A program made the translations under genes and the position numbers. The notes under the pieces were generated by a model, which made no database searches, was not told where the DNA came from, and saw only the letters and a program-made list of their open reading frames with translations. This document shows positions 14,100-27,499 of a stretch of 64,000 nt of DNA, one piece after another. Origin of the DNA: Malacoraja senta (lineage: Eukaryota). Numbering within the stretch: the first letter of the stretch is position 1; each line of letters opens with the position of its first letter. The stretch spans positions 5,828,001 through 5,892,000 of the forward strand of contig CM075987.1 in assembly GCA_038087875.1 (NCBI GenBank), in the 5' to 3' direction.

Positions 14100-14695
14100 T
14101 CACTCATCAGCCAGGGCTGTGAGTACAGGAGGTCAGACATCCTGTTATAGCTGCACAAAACGTTGGGAAGAGCACATTTGACATACAGTGTACAGTTCTA
14201 GCTACCCTGCTCTAGGATGGATGTCATTAAACTGGAAAGAGTGCAAAAAAAGATGTACATAGATGTTACCAGGTCTGGAGGGTCTGAGCTATCACAGGGG
14301 GCTGAATAGACTAGGTCTTTTTTCCTTGGAGCAAAAGAGGATGTTAGGTTAACTGATAAAGCTGTATAAAGGGGCATGGAGATGGTGAATAGCCATAGTC
14401 TTTTCCCCAGGATAGGTGTTCAAAACTAGAGAGCATAGGTATAAGATGAGAAGGGAGAAATTTAAAAAGAACCCAAGGAGAAATTCTTAAACACAAGAAT
14501 GTTACTTCCCAAATATCTTTTAAATGTTGTAATTGTGCCCACCTCTCCCACTACCTCTGGCAGCTCTTTCTACATACCCACCAGTGTCTGTGTAAAGATT
14601 GTTCCTCAGATCTCCTTTAAATCTTTCCAATCTAATCTTAAATCTAGTTTTAGAATCTCCTACCCAGGGTGGTGCATACATGGAACGAGCTGTCA
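14100..14695 (+). mobile_element. Decayed CR1/HER1 LINE 3' fragment containing an inverted 165-bp patch (14499-14663)
   Basis: Remnants of EYCVQFW, LERVQKR and TRGH-type motifs. The patch is the reverse complement of 13542-13706. Confidence 0.75.
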
Positions 14696-14704
14696 TAGGT
14701 AATC

Positions 14705-15345
14705 AATCTCTAAAGGACAAAGGACATTTATTGTCACATACACCAATTGGTGCAGTGAAAATTGAGTTACCATGCAGCACACAAATAAGATAAACACATC
14801 ACTATAGAATTTAACAAAAAACAATCCCCCCACAGCGGAATCAACGTTTCCCACTGAGAGAGAAGGCAACAAAGTTCAGTCCTCTTCCTCTTGTTCACCC
14901 GTGGTCAGTGCCTATTGAGGCCTCTGCAGTCGCTGCAACGGCGGCCCGATGTTTCAGGCCCTATCGCCGGGATGATGGAACTCCGGCGTTGGAAGAACAC
15001 TCTCAGCGGCCCGGAGTTCCAAATCGGCCGCTTCCTACCGGAGACCGCGGCTCCCGAAGTCCACAGGTCGAGCTGGGCGGAGCTCCAACACGGCGACCCC
15101 GGTAAGGCATCGCCCACTCCGCGATGCTACTTCAGTGCTGCGCCGCTGAAGCTCCGGCAGGAAAGGCCGCGCCAATCCAGATGGTAGGCCGCGAGGAGGG
15201 GGCGAAGATGCAGCTCGGAGGAAAGGCGCATCCTCGACCAGGTAGTGACTGAGAAAAACAGTTTCCCCCTTCCCCCCCACATAAAAAATACTAAAAGACC
15301 TCCAAAACTAAACTTTTAGACAGACTAAAAGTTAAAAAAGGTGCA
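14705..15345 (-). mobile_element. GC/CpG-rich non-coding retroposon with Rex/Babar-like tail (copy 1)
   Basis: Aligns in reverse with 62045-62745; 3' end caccaattggtgtatgtgacaataaatg followed by a short simple-repeat tail. Confidence 0.75.
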
Positions 15346-18300
15346 ATACAGACTATTTGAGAAATAATTAACCTGATGATCTAAGTAAAGGATGTACTAA
15401 CAAAACCATTGTACCCAATAACATGATATCTAGTTAGAAAAATCTATTCTAAGCATAATTTCCATTTTCTCATTCAGAATAGAACTCTAAATGAGAATTC
15501 TCGACTTTCTCAGACGATTTTCTGGGTGGGGGCACATAAGCAAAATTAACAGACAATCTGCAATTCTTTAAGTTTGCCTTTACCCAGTTTTAGTACCAGT
15601 ATCTCTGTCAAAGAAAGGTAAAGATGGGGACGTGGCAAATGCCCCCCTTTTACCATAGTCAGCAGCAGCAACAATAAAAAATTGTACACAGTTTACACAC
15701 CTCAGCAAAAAAAAAAAAAAAAAATCCGAAAACAAGAACAGTAACAAAATCTTGAATTTTGAACAAGCTGACTGAAATAATTTCAAGATAGGTCGATATT
15801 GTTTCCACAATTAAATGTACAAAATGTATTGCAATTTATTTCTAGCTAACAATAAAACATGTTATATCTAAAGAAAGTATAATATTGAAAAATCTTTAGT
15901 TGGGCTGTTAGTTGAAATTATCTTTTTGCAACAATTAGGTGTTGATCTAGACAGCACCCTAATGCAAGGGCATTGTGATATCAGCTGATGAGCGTTGGTT
16001 TAAAAAAAATCAGTCTTTCTTATTGGAGATCCTGAACACATCCAGTAAAGTTTACTTGAGAGTTGCTGCCATCTGCACTGCGAGTCAATGCAATTGCATA
16101 TGGACAAACACCGCGTGAATGCAGCCAGAGCATTCAATAAAAACATCAAGAGAATTCAGAGAAGGAATTTTAGGGCGAGACTGCGTCAAAACCCATTGTG
16201 TTTTATTTGAAAATAGGCCAGTCATCTAGTTGGCCAAAGGGACTGATAAAGTAATCCAATTTTTATTGCTCTTTAACTTAAAGATTACCATTAAGTTGGA
16301 TTCATTGAGACTCCACAAAGAGGTCAATCTTCAAGCTCCCACTCTATTATCATTGCTCTCTCTTCCTTGATCACCTCTGGCACATCTTATCAAGGTCATG
16401 TTCAATCCAACGAAAAGTGGGTCTGCGTGCAGAATAGAATACTAAAGCTCTAGGATTTTTTTTATTTTTTTTTAAACGTTGACTATCCTGCAATTTTGCA
16501 TATTAACTTTTTAATAAATCTATAAATTAATTGGGAGTCAGTACTTAATTTCAATTGAACATAAATGCCACCAACACTTGCCCGAGTGCAGAGAGTGAAA
16601 CCTTATTACATGACTTCTCTATGTAATTCAGAGCATCAGACAGCTAAATGAAGCCCTCCTCTACTCCAGTCAGTGTTTGAATAGTGACACAACAGCATCA
16701 GGTTCATATTCAATACCCTGCCAGTAATCAAACCAGGAAAAGTTAATTAGGCAGCAGGCTAATGAATTCAATGGCTCCAAGGCTGCATCTTACAATGATA
16801 CGTAATTTGAAGAAAAGATAACTGCTTTGTGGGCAAGTTTGAGATCATGGGCTGAAATATTACACAAACAGAAAAAACAATGACAAATAGCATAAATTTT
16901 GTAACCAGATTAGTTGGTTCAATTTTAAATATTTCAGGATCAGTAACATTATGTGAGGTGTAAGCTTTGATCCTCTCCATTCCCTATAATTTAAACCACA
17001 ATTTCTTCAGGCATGTTTTAAATGTGACTTTGATTTGCTCGCCTTCTTTTATTCTCCTCATATAAACTTCTTGGCTATCCCTAGGAATGCATAAAAACAC
17101 AAGCAAAGACTAATTCTACTGATGCTGTAAAATGTCATAATCACAACTTGTAAGAGAGCTCGATAAATGGCTCTGTAGACCTGATGCTGTCTTGTATCTT
17201 TTCCTCAATGAAACTGATGTGAACTGCTTATTTTCTAAAGCACACTATAAGATGACAGAAGCATTATGACTGCTCATATGTTCTGACTAACATTTGCCAC
17301 AAGCTATATCTGTCAGCATTAAATAAAGCTGCATTATAAATGTAAACAAAACACCCACATCTACAAAATGAGCTGTCCTCTATGGCTGTAGGCACAAACC
17401 GAACCAGCTTATTGACTCAGCTTGCTCTTTTTATTTATTCTTGTACAAAGATGTGCATTTACTTTAACCCTGGAAGCTTACTTTGCTTAAAGGAAGTTGT
17501 TTGCTTCCTGCTGCATATTGAATGGACCAGTGATGACAAACATATACCTAAATGGGTATGCCATTAGATAATCAAACACTCCAGAAACTCGTGCCTGATT
17601 AATCAAAGGTCAGCTGAGATCCACAGAGATTTGAGGGGGGGGGGAGCTGGGATTTTCCTTGCCTTTTGTTGAAAATGCAGTAATTAGTTGAAACAAAATG
17701 AAAATGAACACATCATCCAAATCTAAAATTATAAACAGAATCACATTACTTCCTTTGGAGCTAGTCCAATATGCTGTACATTAATAGATTTCCGCATGCA
17801 GAATATTCCTGTGTTTTCCAAAAACACAAGGAAATCAACAAAACATTCAATCTTCAGAATTTCACATCATAACAATACTGAAATAAACCTATAATTTATC
17901 GCATTTTGCATTCATCCATTTTTTTTAATTGCAAACACTGTCGCTGTCTGTTCACCTCCCTAATCTTATTATGACAATCCATTCACATATAACCGTACAG
18001 CACATCTAAGTAAAGCCCCAGAAGTTGGTGCTTGCTGTCAACCTAATACATATTTATCTCTTACACTGCATGAAGTATCTGACAGCCAGTGCAGATTGTA
18101 CATTTTTGGGGGAACGAACATGTTCCAGACTGACATAAGAAGCACATTCCATCCCAAATTACTGCAGACAGTAGGAGCCAATATACCTAGCACAAGATTC
18201 ACCAGATGATCTGAAACCAATATTCCTCCAATTGTCGTGCTCAGTTTTCATTGTGAAAGATGCATTGCCACATTTGACCCAGTTTGTAATCAATATACCC

Positions 18301-20615
18301 ATCTTTAAGAAGCACAGAGCATCTCACATGAATTAAGAAAACAATTATAGAAAAGATAGCTGAAAATCAGAATCTCCATCACAAAAAATTCTTTGTTATC
18401 ACTTCCACCTGATCCACTGGGTGATTCCTGCATTTTCTGTGTGCATGGAAATAGGTTGTTACATTCTATACAAGCCCTCCAGCAAACTCATCCACACCAG
18501 CCAAGAAGCTTATCCAATCTCACATTTGGCCCAAATCCCTCCAACGTGTTCCTTCCCTCTCCCAATGCTTTATAAATATTAATTGTACTTTCCTCTATCA
18601 CCACTTACTTTCCCTTGGCTGCACCAAATAATAATTCATGAAGGAATGAATTCTAGACATACAGAGCTTTGTACAAGCACAAATACGAATCTAAAACCAA
18701 TGAGGAACGACTGATGTGTTAGTAATTCTGAATATTGATTATACCGAATGTAACATTCATAGGCCATCCCATTGCTCGTCATGGTCTGAATCAATTTGGT
18801 GTTTTTTTTACGAACAACATTCATACTGTTTCTTTAAAGCTATACAGCAATAGCTTACGTTAGCTTCGGTGTTTTATATGCTACCGTGTGAATACCAGCA
18901 AAAACCATCTATTCAGAAATGACACAAATACAGGTGATTGTGGATACTGGATTTTTGGTAACGCTTTAAACTAAATTGGCTGGGGTGGGATTGCAGAAAC
19001 ATCTGTTGCACAGGTATTGAGAAACCTAAAAAGTGGGAGCAAAATAAGAGATGATAACCAGACTGTCAAGAAAGGAGAGTCCATTCAAAAAGTATACAAA
19101 TATTGGAGTACGGATACACCATCGATTTTCCGGCAAATGATGGTCCAGCACAAACCCAACAAAATTACGAGAGCACACTTGAAATTCCCGTGATGGCCAG
19201 ACTAGATCACTGGGCACCCACATAGGGCAATGCGTGTGACACTCGCTCTTTTACATCTTGTGCCTCCATCCCGAAAGAGTTAATTGTTTTTATTATTATA
19301 CGTTTCTAGCAGTCCATGGTGCTTTAGGGGCACGGGAGGGATATAATTTGTGGGTCAGAGGTGTATTGTTGAATTATTATTACATGGTCTCAGTTGCTCC
19401 ATCAAAATGGATAATCAGGAATGGGTAGAAGAGGGAATGACCGGGGTGAAAATGTTCCTTGATTATGTTGGCTGTTTTCCTGAGGCAGTAAAAGTGTCAA
19501 TGGTGGGGGTTGGGGGTGGAGGAAGGAAAGAAGGAAGGCCTAGTTTGTGCGATGGACTGGGCCACATCCACGTGAAGAAGAGCTCAATTACACTATACGA
19601 TGATTTTCTAGATCAGTACGTTAAGGAAGCAGTGAAGAAATAGGCCAATTTAGATGCAATGTGAAAGGGTTAATGATTAATATGGTGCCTTTAGGGAAAA
19701 GTGATCATAATATGATAGAATTCTATTTTGTTCAACCCGAAGCCAAGGTCTCAAATCTAAACAAAACAAATGTATATGGTGTGGGTTGGCCAGGGTAGAC
19801 CAAGGAAGTACATTAAAAGGTATGACACTAAACAAACAATGGTTTATAGTTAAAGAACACAAAGGGACGACAAAGGTTGTGGTCATTACTGTGGGGGAGG
19901 AAGGGAGACTGAGGAAGATGGGTAAATAATTAAATTGAAGGGGACCAACCCGGCCATTGCAGCGTAAGCAACACTATTCCAAATTGGCCAAGCTGAGCCT
20001 GGCCAAAGAGGATGCTCTGAATCATGTGAACTAATTTCTCCTGACAATGCTTTAAACAGGTGTTACATGGGGAACAACATTGCTGCATGCGAGCATGACA
20101 CAGAAAGCTGCTGATCCACGCACGAGTGATTTGTGACAGCAAGTCAGCAGTCAAGTTTCGAATGAGGTGTGATTCAACAAGGAAACCACCACTACCTTGT
20201 TCACTCCAGGGGAAACTGATTTTCATGCACATCACATCAAAACAAAAATCACTGCACAATCTTATTCCTAGGCCAAGATTTCCACTAGTGGTTCAATGAG
20301 AGTCACCCCACCAAAACAAGAACAATTAGTTGAAAAACTATGGTATATTTCCTTGTGTAATACATTGTACACAAACTTGCATTCAAAGATGCTTGCTTGC
20401 ACAAATACCTGCAGTTTGATTTGTTGTAACGTGCAAAGGCACCTTGTTGGCATGGCACATACTTAGTAGTGGCATTCCCATTGAAATATCTTATTTCAGA
20501 AATCTGGACTATATGAAATAGTGAAAATGTTCATGTGCCACACATAAAATAGATTTACACTTGTATGTCGATGACTTTTTTTTACAGTTATAAGATCTGG
20601 ATTATTCTGAAATAT

Positions 20616-20918
20616 TAGTTTAGTTTAGAGTTACAGCGTGTAAACAGGCCCTTTGGCCCACCGGGACCGTGTCGACCGGCGATCCCCACAAACTAACACT
20701 ACATTCACAAGGGGAAATTTACAATTATACCAAGCCAATTTACCTACATGCCTCTACGTCTTTGGAGTGTGGGAGGAAGCCAAAGATCTTGGAGAAAATC
20801 CATGATGGTCATGGGGAGAAAGTACAAACTCTGTACAGACAGCGTCCGTAGCCGGGATCAAACCAGGGTCTCCGGCGCTGCAAACACTGTAATGCAGCAA
20901 CACTACCACTGTGCCACC
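20616..20918 (-). mobile_element. HE1/V-SINE-like SINE
   Basis: Reverse-complement match to 8145-8447 including the ctctaaactaaacta tail. Confidence 0.85.
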
Positions 20919-23900
20919 CACGCCAATTGCACAATTTTTAACGGAAGTTATTTCTTATCACAATGCTGAGTTCCTAATTTCAGTCATGTTAGTGCAGAGA
21001 AGCACTAAGCAAGAAGACAGATGCCATTTTAAGGGGAAAAATCTCCCAAGTTATTTTTAAGTTCCCTGTCATTGTCAACTTAGAAACAGTTTTAAAAATG
21101 GTCTGAAGGCAGGCAATCGATAGACAGCTCCCAATGCAGTCTAAAAAGCATTAACAAGAAAATAGATGATTTCAAATCAACCAAAAAAAGGTTAGCATTT
21201 GGAGTTACCTGTTTACATTCAATGGATTAAGTCAATGTTACCTACATTTGATAGCAAGTCTCACTGGCCTGGTAACCTTCATCCTTGTAAATCTTCTCAA
21301 AGGGATCAGAGGAATCTCTAAGAAGCAGCTTTTAATCATCACTGAAACAAATTCCTATTTTTAGATTGGTTCATTTATGCTAAGGGAACAACAAGCAGAT
21401 GGCACCAGAAAACATAAATGATGGAACTAATGGCTACTTTGTTTAGTAAGATTACAATAATACATAGTGTTTACACCTCTCAATGCATCAAATATGATTA
21501 TAACTCAAGATCAGTGTGACGGGAGTTTTATATTTTCAGCATGAGAGATATGGGCAGGAAAAGTGCGCAAGGAAAATTCTTGAACATTTTATTTTGTCAA
21601 ATAATTCGGTTTTCCTTTTCCCTAATTCTTCCCGATTGTTGCATGCCAACCAAGTGAAGAAAGTAGCAGAAGCCTCGAAACTCTGCAAATGCAGATATGA
21701 AAGCAACCACTGGGAGATGCCCAAGAGCAATCCAGAATGGTTGCCATTCCTTCCGGGAATCTGTCTGTCCTCCACTGAGGCAACAGCATCGTGGAAATTC
21801 ACCATATCAATGGATGCAAACCAACACCATAGATTTCTGTGGTAACAATATGCTGTAATGTAGTTCTATCTCAATGTGCCGGTGAAGAAGCAATGCACGC
21901 AATTATTGTGTGAAAAGGCAAGGAGAAATAAAAATAAGCAACTTATTTTTCAATAAACTATTGTTTCTCCATCAAGGCTTTTGGAACTATTTTTTTTAAA
22001 AGCACCCTGGAAAATTGAACTGTAATAATAGAAAAAGCCTGAGATAGCATGTAAATGGCTGCAATTTTTACCATTAAATTTAATGGTTACTGAATTCACA
22101 AAAGCTGAGGAAAATGTCTGCACTATTAATGCAATGTACCGTACTTGTTTCAACATTCAACTTCTATTTAAATAAGAAAGGCTGTTGCACTCATATAAAT
22201 GAAGGCCAGCCACAAGGGAGCAACGCACAGTTCTGTGCAGGTTTATAAACACTAAGAACCCCCCTTTCTCCCAAACTACCATTATTGCTTGAGCAAAACA
22301 AATATTCAACCACAAACCACTAAATCATTTCAATTCCCATTTCCAAGTATAATTTAATCTTCTTTTGTGACACTTGATGCTTACTTCATCATGGAGTAAT
22401 GACAGATTAAAAAGTTGTTGAATTAAATATTGAAGAGGACTGCAGGCGGTTGTGCATTTTTAAAGAAATAACGCAGACTGAAGATGAAATGCGAGGCTAA
22501 AATGCCTGCTTCAAATCATACGTGTGAAATATTCTTGGAGCCCACATACTGTACTTTAAAGTGGGGCCTACTGTGATGTAACTGCTTATTATTTTGCTCA
22601 TTAAAGTGCTCTGATAGCATAATTAACAAGAGATTATGTTTTTGCATCAATTTTCTCTGCCTTCCTCACTTCTGAAGATATTATGGTCTGACTCCTCAGG
22701 CAGAGACAGTTTTTCCTTCTCTATTGCCAAAATTCTATTCCCAGTGGTACTACTCCTGCAGGCACTCTGGGTGAAATCAGTCAACACAGAACATAAAAGA
22801 GGTGAAATTCCTGACCTTCTTGAACTGTAATGCTCAGCTGTTCATGGAGTAAAGCCACTGGATAATCAGCAAAACAGTTATTCTAATACATGGGCTTCTC
22901 TGATAGATCAGTAAGTTCACATATTAAAATTTGAGTCACACAGATAAGGTGCCAACTGCAAAGTCCAGTCCTTGCTGCATTGACAAATCTCAGCTGCAGT
23001 AACGGTTGGGGCAATCTCGGACCAAAACGGAAAATTATCCAATGATCCCACTCATTGCTGTTAATTAACGTCTGCTGGGGAAGTGCAAATATGTGAACAT
23101 CAGGTGAGGTGGAGCACAGCTTTAACTGTAACGCCCCGTGCAGCTCGAGAGCTTGCTGGGGCATGGTCAGGCACACATAAATAATGGCCAAAGAGCAACC
23201 AATGCCAGTGAGCCCTTCGAAATAGGGCACGAGTCAGAGTTCTTTGCGAGGGTTTAGAAGTTGTAAATCAGCACACAAAAAAACATCAGAAAGCCATGCA
23301 GATATTATGAATCATACAGTTCTATTTGCATTCATGCACCTAATTTGTGTGGAGACAGACACAAACACACACATGAAATGTGCACGTATTTCAAAATCAG
23401 CATCATTTTGCTTGAAATAATTGAAAGAACAAATTGAGTCATAAAATTGCTAATATTATATTCGTTAAACTGCTATGTTGCAGAACCTTTAATTGCATGG
23501 CCAATATTCTCTCCACAGTATACACTTTATATCAGGGTGCCTGAACATTAGAGCAAAACATTGCATTTCTGAGACTGCTGTAAGCTTCTCCTTTAAGCAT
23601 TCTCATATCAGATAAATATACAATAACTAAAAACAATCATCAAAAGTGTCCACTATGCCCTTCACACGTTCACTTCATGTTGTTGTATGTTCTTCATTCA
23701 GCTCTATTTAAGAGATCTCATTTATCGGCTTTCTAAGACAGCATTTTCTCACCAGTACTGACTGCATAATTAATGGAAATGCACTCTAGTGTCATGTGCA
23801 GGGCCTTTTGGTTTACTTCTCCAAGACATTTACAGCTGAATATTAACTACAGCAAGCAGCAACACAACAGGGTGGAAAATCAGCTTGTCACAGATCGGCT

Positions 23901-24604
23901 TTGATGCCACATAAAGAGCCCGCATCAATTCCTTTCCCCCTTCTCTCTCTTGCAAGATGATTAAATGCAAAGTCTTGTCTAAAAATATAACTCAATCACA
24001 TAATATATACAAAGTGATCATTCACTCATATTATATGCATGGGAACAGGTTACAGACCACAATACATCCAAGGGAGATTATAACATCATTGTAACAATGA
24101 GGTCGATTTGAAACATTGTCCTAAGAATCACCAGCAGAAATACTTGTTTAAACAGTTACTGTGAATTTTAAGGTGTGAAGGAGGAAGCAAACTTTATATT
24201 AAGCGGCAATAATACTTCACACTTTGCAACATTTTGTCCTCTTCTTCTAAAAATAGGACCAGGAATTTCTCTTGTGATTATCTTGATTGGCAGCCAGACG
24301 TTTGATGGAAAATTCAAATTGACTGCACAATCAAGAGAATTTCCACTGAATATATGCAGCTGATGAGATGCCCATGCAAACATCCAAGTGATTCGGCTTG
24401 AGGCTATGTTCCATGGTGCTAAGTATTTGTCGTGCCTCTCTGATGTGACCAAAGTTCATGTTGTCGGCTTGAAAGCAAATCCAGTGTATAAAAGCAAATC
24501 CAGAGTATAAAACTCAACAATGAAGTAACAGCCACAATTGGAATCCATTCCACACCCAACGTTCATACATGTCCCCAATACAGAACTGCTGGTGTTTCAG
24601 TGCT

Positions 24605-24681
24605 GAATGGGGGTCAAGGAAAGAGGGCTCGAAGGGCCGAATGGCTTACTCCTGCACCTATTTTCTATGTTTCTATGTTTC
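24605..24681 (+). mobile_element. CR1/HER1 3' tail remnant
   Basis: ggctcgaagggccgaatggcttactcctgcacctattttctatgtttctatgtttc, the same tail as 26060-26115. Confidence 0.75.
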
Positions 24682-26059
24682 ACGTCGCAGCCCTGTTTCC
24701 ACCAATCTTCCCACCACCACGCACAAGAAGCACAAGAAGCGCAAGACAGACAGCATTGTATGCAGATGCCGAGAAGTGTGTTCAGCTCTGGCTGAACAAC
24801 GTCTAATCTTATGTGTGGACTCGATAAGAAGAAGAAGTGTTGAATGGATGTCTCTCAGTGTGATTATAGTACTCACTAAACATGCTCTTTGAGACACCAG
24901 GAAAACAAGTGCAAGCACTTTTCGAAACAAAATCTTTGTAAGAGATGGGGAATTTATGTGGAAATAATACCACCAATTCATTTATACCCTACAGCTATGT
25001 AAAGCCCAGATAAGAGCATACATGTAACACTAAAGCAGTCTGGGCCACCACATCTAATAAGGATATTTTCCCCTGGGAGGGAATGCAACATAAATTTACT
25101 AGTTTACATGGTTAGATTAGTAGGTAAGATAACAGAAACTATAGGCTGTGGGTGCTGTGTTTCAGATAGTTAAAGGGTGACACAATTCAAGTTCAAGATA
25201 TCCTGGAATCAAGATGGATGAAAAAAAGCTGTTGCTACAAACTGGATCTACAACTTGAGACAAGGTAAAAATTAGCGACAGTACTTTCAGAAGTGAAATT
25301 AGGAAATATTTCCGCACAGACAGTAGCTAAAACTGGAATTTCTGAACAGCAAATGACAATTAATGTAGATCAACTATCAGTTGTAAAGTCAGGGTGATAG
25401 CATTGTACTTACAAAATTTCTCAGACATATGTCATAAAGTCCATCTGATGCAACTAAGTAATGTTAAGTCACCCAGAGTTTAATTGCTATTCAGTTAAGA
25501 ACCTAGTAAATTACAATGTACTTGTTACTTTCAGATTGCACCTTTGAGGCAACCTGTAATTTTAAAATCAGTTAATGATCTGCAGCAAAGGGTAATGTCT
25601 GCAATTTGTAATCTGCAACAATCATTTTCAATATTTTAGATAGTACGATAAAGGAAAGCTGGGTGTAAATTATGGAGCAACTTTACTTGGAACCAAGGTG
25701 TTCAGAAGAGATCACTCACAAAGTCAGTGACTACTGAATCAGATCACAGGACAAATATAGCACCCTAAGAATCATGAGCTATCTAGCTATCTAGGACATC
25801 TAGCTCTTCGAACTTGCTCCACCATTTAACAAGATCACGTGATTGTCAACCGCAGCACCATTATCCTGCACTATTCTCATTCCCCTGCACTAAACTGATA
25901 TTCCTCTCTTCCCATAAAACAGGGAAACGTCAATAATCCAGCACACCCAGGATTTTGGCTGTATCAGACTGGTGGATTTTCAAGAATATTTAATGTTCCC
26001 GAACACACTTGAATTAGTTTTTATATGATGTCCCATAGTATTATTACAGATTATTCTTT

Positions 26060-26360
26060 GAAACATAGAAACATAGAAAATAGGTGCAGGAGTAGGTCAT
26101 TCGGCCCTTCGAGCCTGCTGATCATGGCTGATCATCCAACTCAGTATCCTGTAGCCTTCTCTCCATACCCCCTGATCCCTTTAGCCACATGGGCCACATC
26201 TAACTCCTTCTTAAATATAGACAATGAACTGGCCTCAACTACATTTTGTGGCAGAGAATTCCAGAGATTCACCACTCTCTGTGTGAAAAATGTTTTTCTC
26301 ATCTCGGTCCTAAAAGATTTCCCCCTTATCCTTAAACTGTGACCCCTTGTTCTGGACTTC
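26060..26360 (-). mobile_element. CR1/HER1 LINE 3' end (relatively well preserved)
   Basis: ORF SRTRGHSLRIRGKSFRTEMRKTFFTQRVVNLWNSLPQNVVEASSLSIFKKELD and a (TTTCTATG)n tail. Confidence 0.9.
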
Positions 26361-26379
26361 TGAACGGGGAGCTTCTCTG

Positions 26380-26960
26380 TTCCCATCCTCTCATAATATA
26401 AAGCAGCATACCATTTTGCACTACTAACTGCTTGCTTCGCTACATGTTAACTTTCATTGACTTGTCCACAAGGACAACCAGGTCCCTGTGAACATCAACA
26501 ATTTCCCACCATACTCTGCTTTTCTATCTTGTGCACACCAAAGTGCTGACCTCAAAACCGTTCCAATTTATATTCCAACTGCCATAATCTTGCTTACTAA
26601 CCCAGTTTGAAGCCATTTCTCCCACTCAAATTCCTGCCTATTTGGCTCAACTGCAAACTTAGGTATTTTGTTCCCTTAGAAATAGATTATGAATAACTGA
26701 GGCCCCCATTTATTCACACTTTTTACCAATTCACACTATGCATTTGCCCCTATTCCTTTTAAAACAAACTCTTGCATAGGTCCTTATCAAAAGTCTTCAG
26801 AAGATCCATGTACATTGGTTCCCTGTTATACATTTTATCAATCACAACGACAAAGAATTCCAATAAATTAATGTGACACCATTTTCCTTTCATAAATTCA
26901 GCTGCCTATTTATTCCTATTATTCTTTGCAAGTTTATTACATCATTTTCAATTGCAACAC
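26380..26960 (-). mobile_element. Highly decayed CR1 RT fragment
   Basis: Reverse strand shows gtacatggatcttctgaagacttttgataaggacc (YMDF.KAFDKVP-like) and cagggacctggttgtccttgtggacaagtca (RDLGVLV-like). Confidence 0.55.
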
Positions 26961-27499
26961 TTCTTATAAATTTTCTCATCTCCACCAAATATATCTTCCT
27001 AAAAAGGGCAACATTTACCTCCATTGCACAGGGAACAAAAAAGCTAAATTTCCACTATCCCACTGGTGTGGTATAACCTTCTAGTGTCCAACCTGAAGTT
27101 GGACAGTCACACAATTTTTGTTCACATGAGCAAAATTAAGGATTCTGAAATTCAAGATTTATTTGGGTTTTGAAAAATAAGAGAAAAAAAATAGAGATAA
27201 TCACATACAGCAACACATTTCAGCTGTATCAGCTTGGATTTTTCATGACTGCAATTCCAGGGATCGATAAGACAAAGAAAATTGCAGGGTTATTGTGTAA
27301 TAAAGCACACAGTCCACTGGTAAAATGGGTTAAATGGGGTGGTTAACAGATGATAATACAGGCAAAGTGTAATATATATTGTTTCTTCAAAAACCTTATG
27401 AAGAACAGCAGTGAATAAAACTAGTGGGAGAAAATTTGGGTCAAAACCATCCCTTTCCCACTTTATCTAAAACTTAATACTAACTTGTTTTCTCTCTTT

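Noticed and set aside
24569-24892. ORF ending TKHAL, resembling PBX exon 2 (RKHAL)
   Set aside because: Wrong strand, followed by a stop, and lacks NCHRMKPALF; coincidence.
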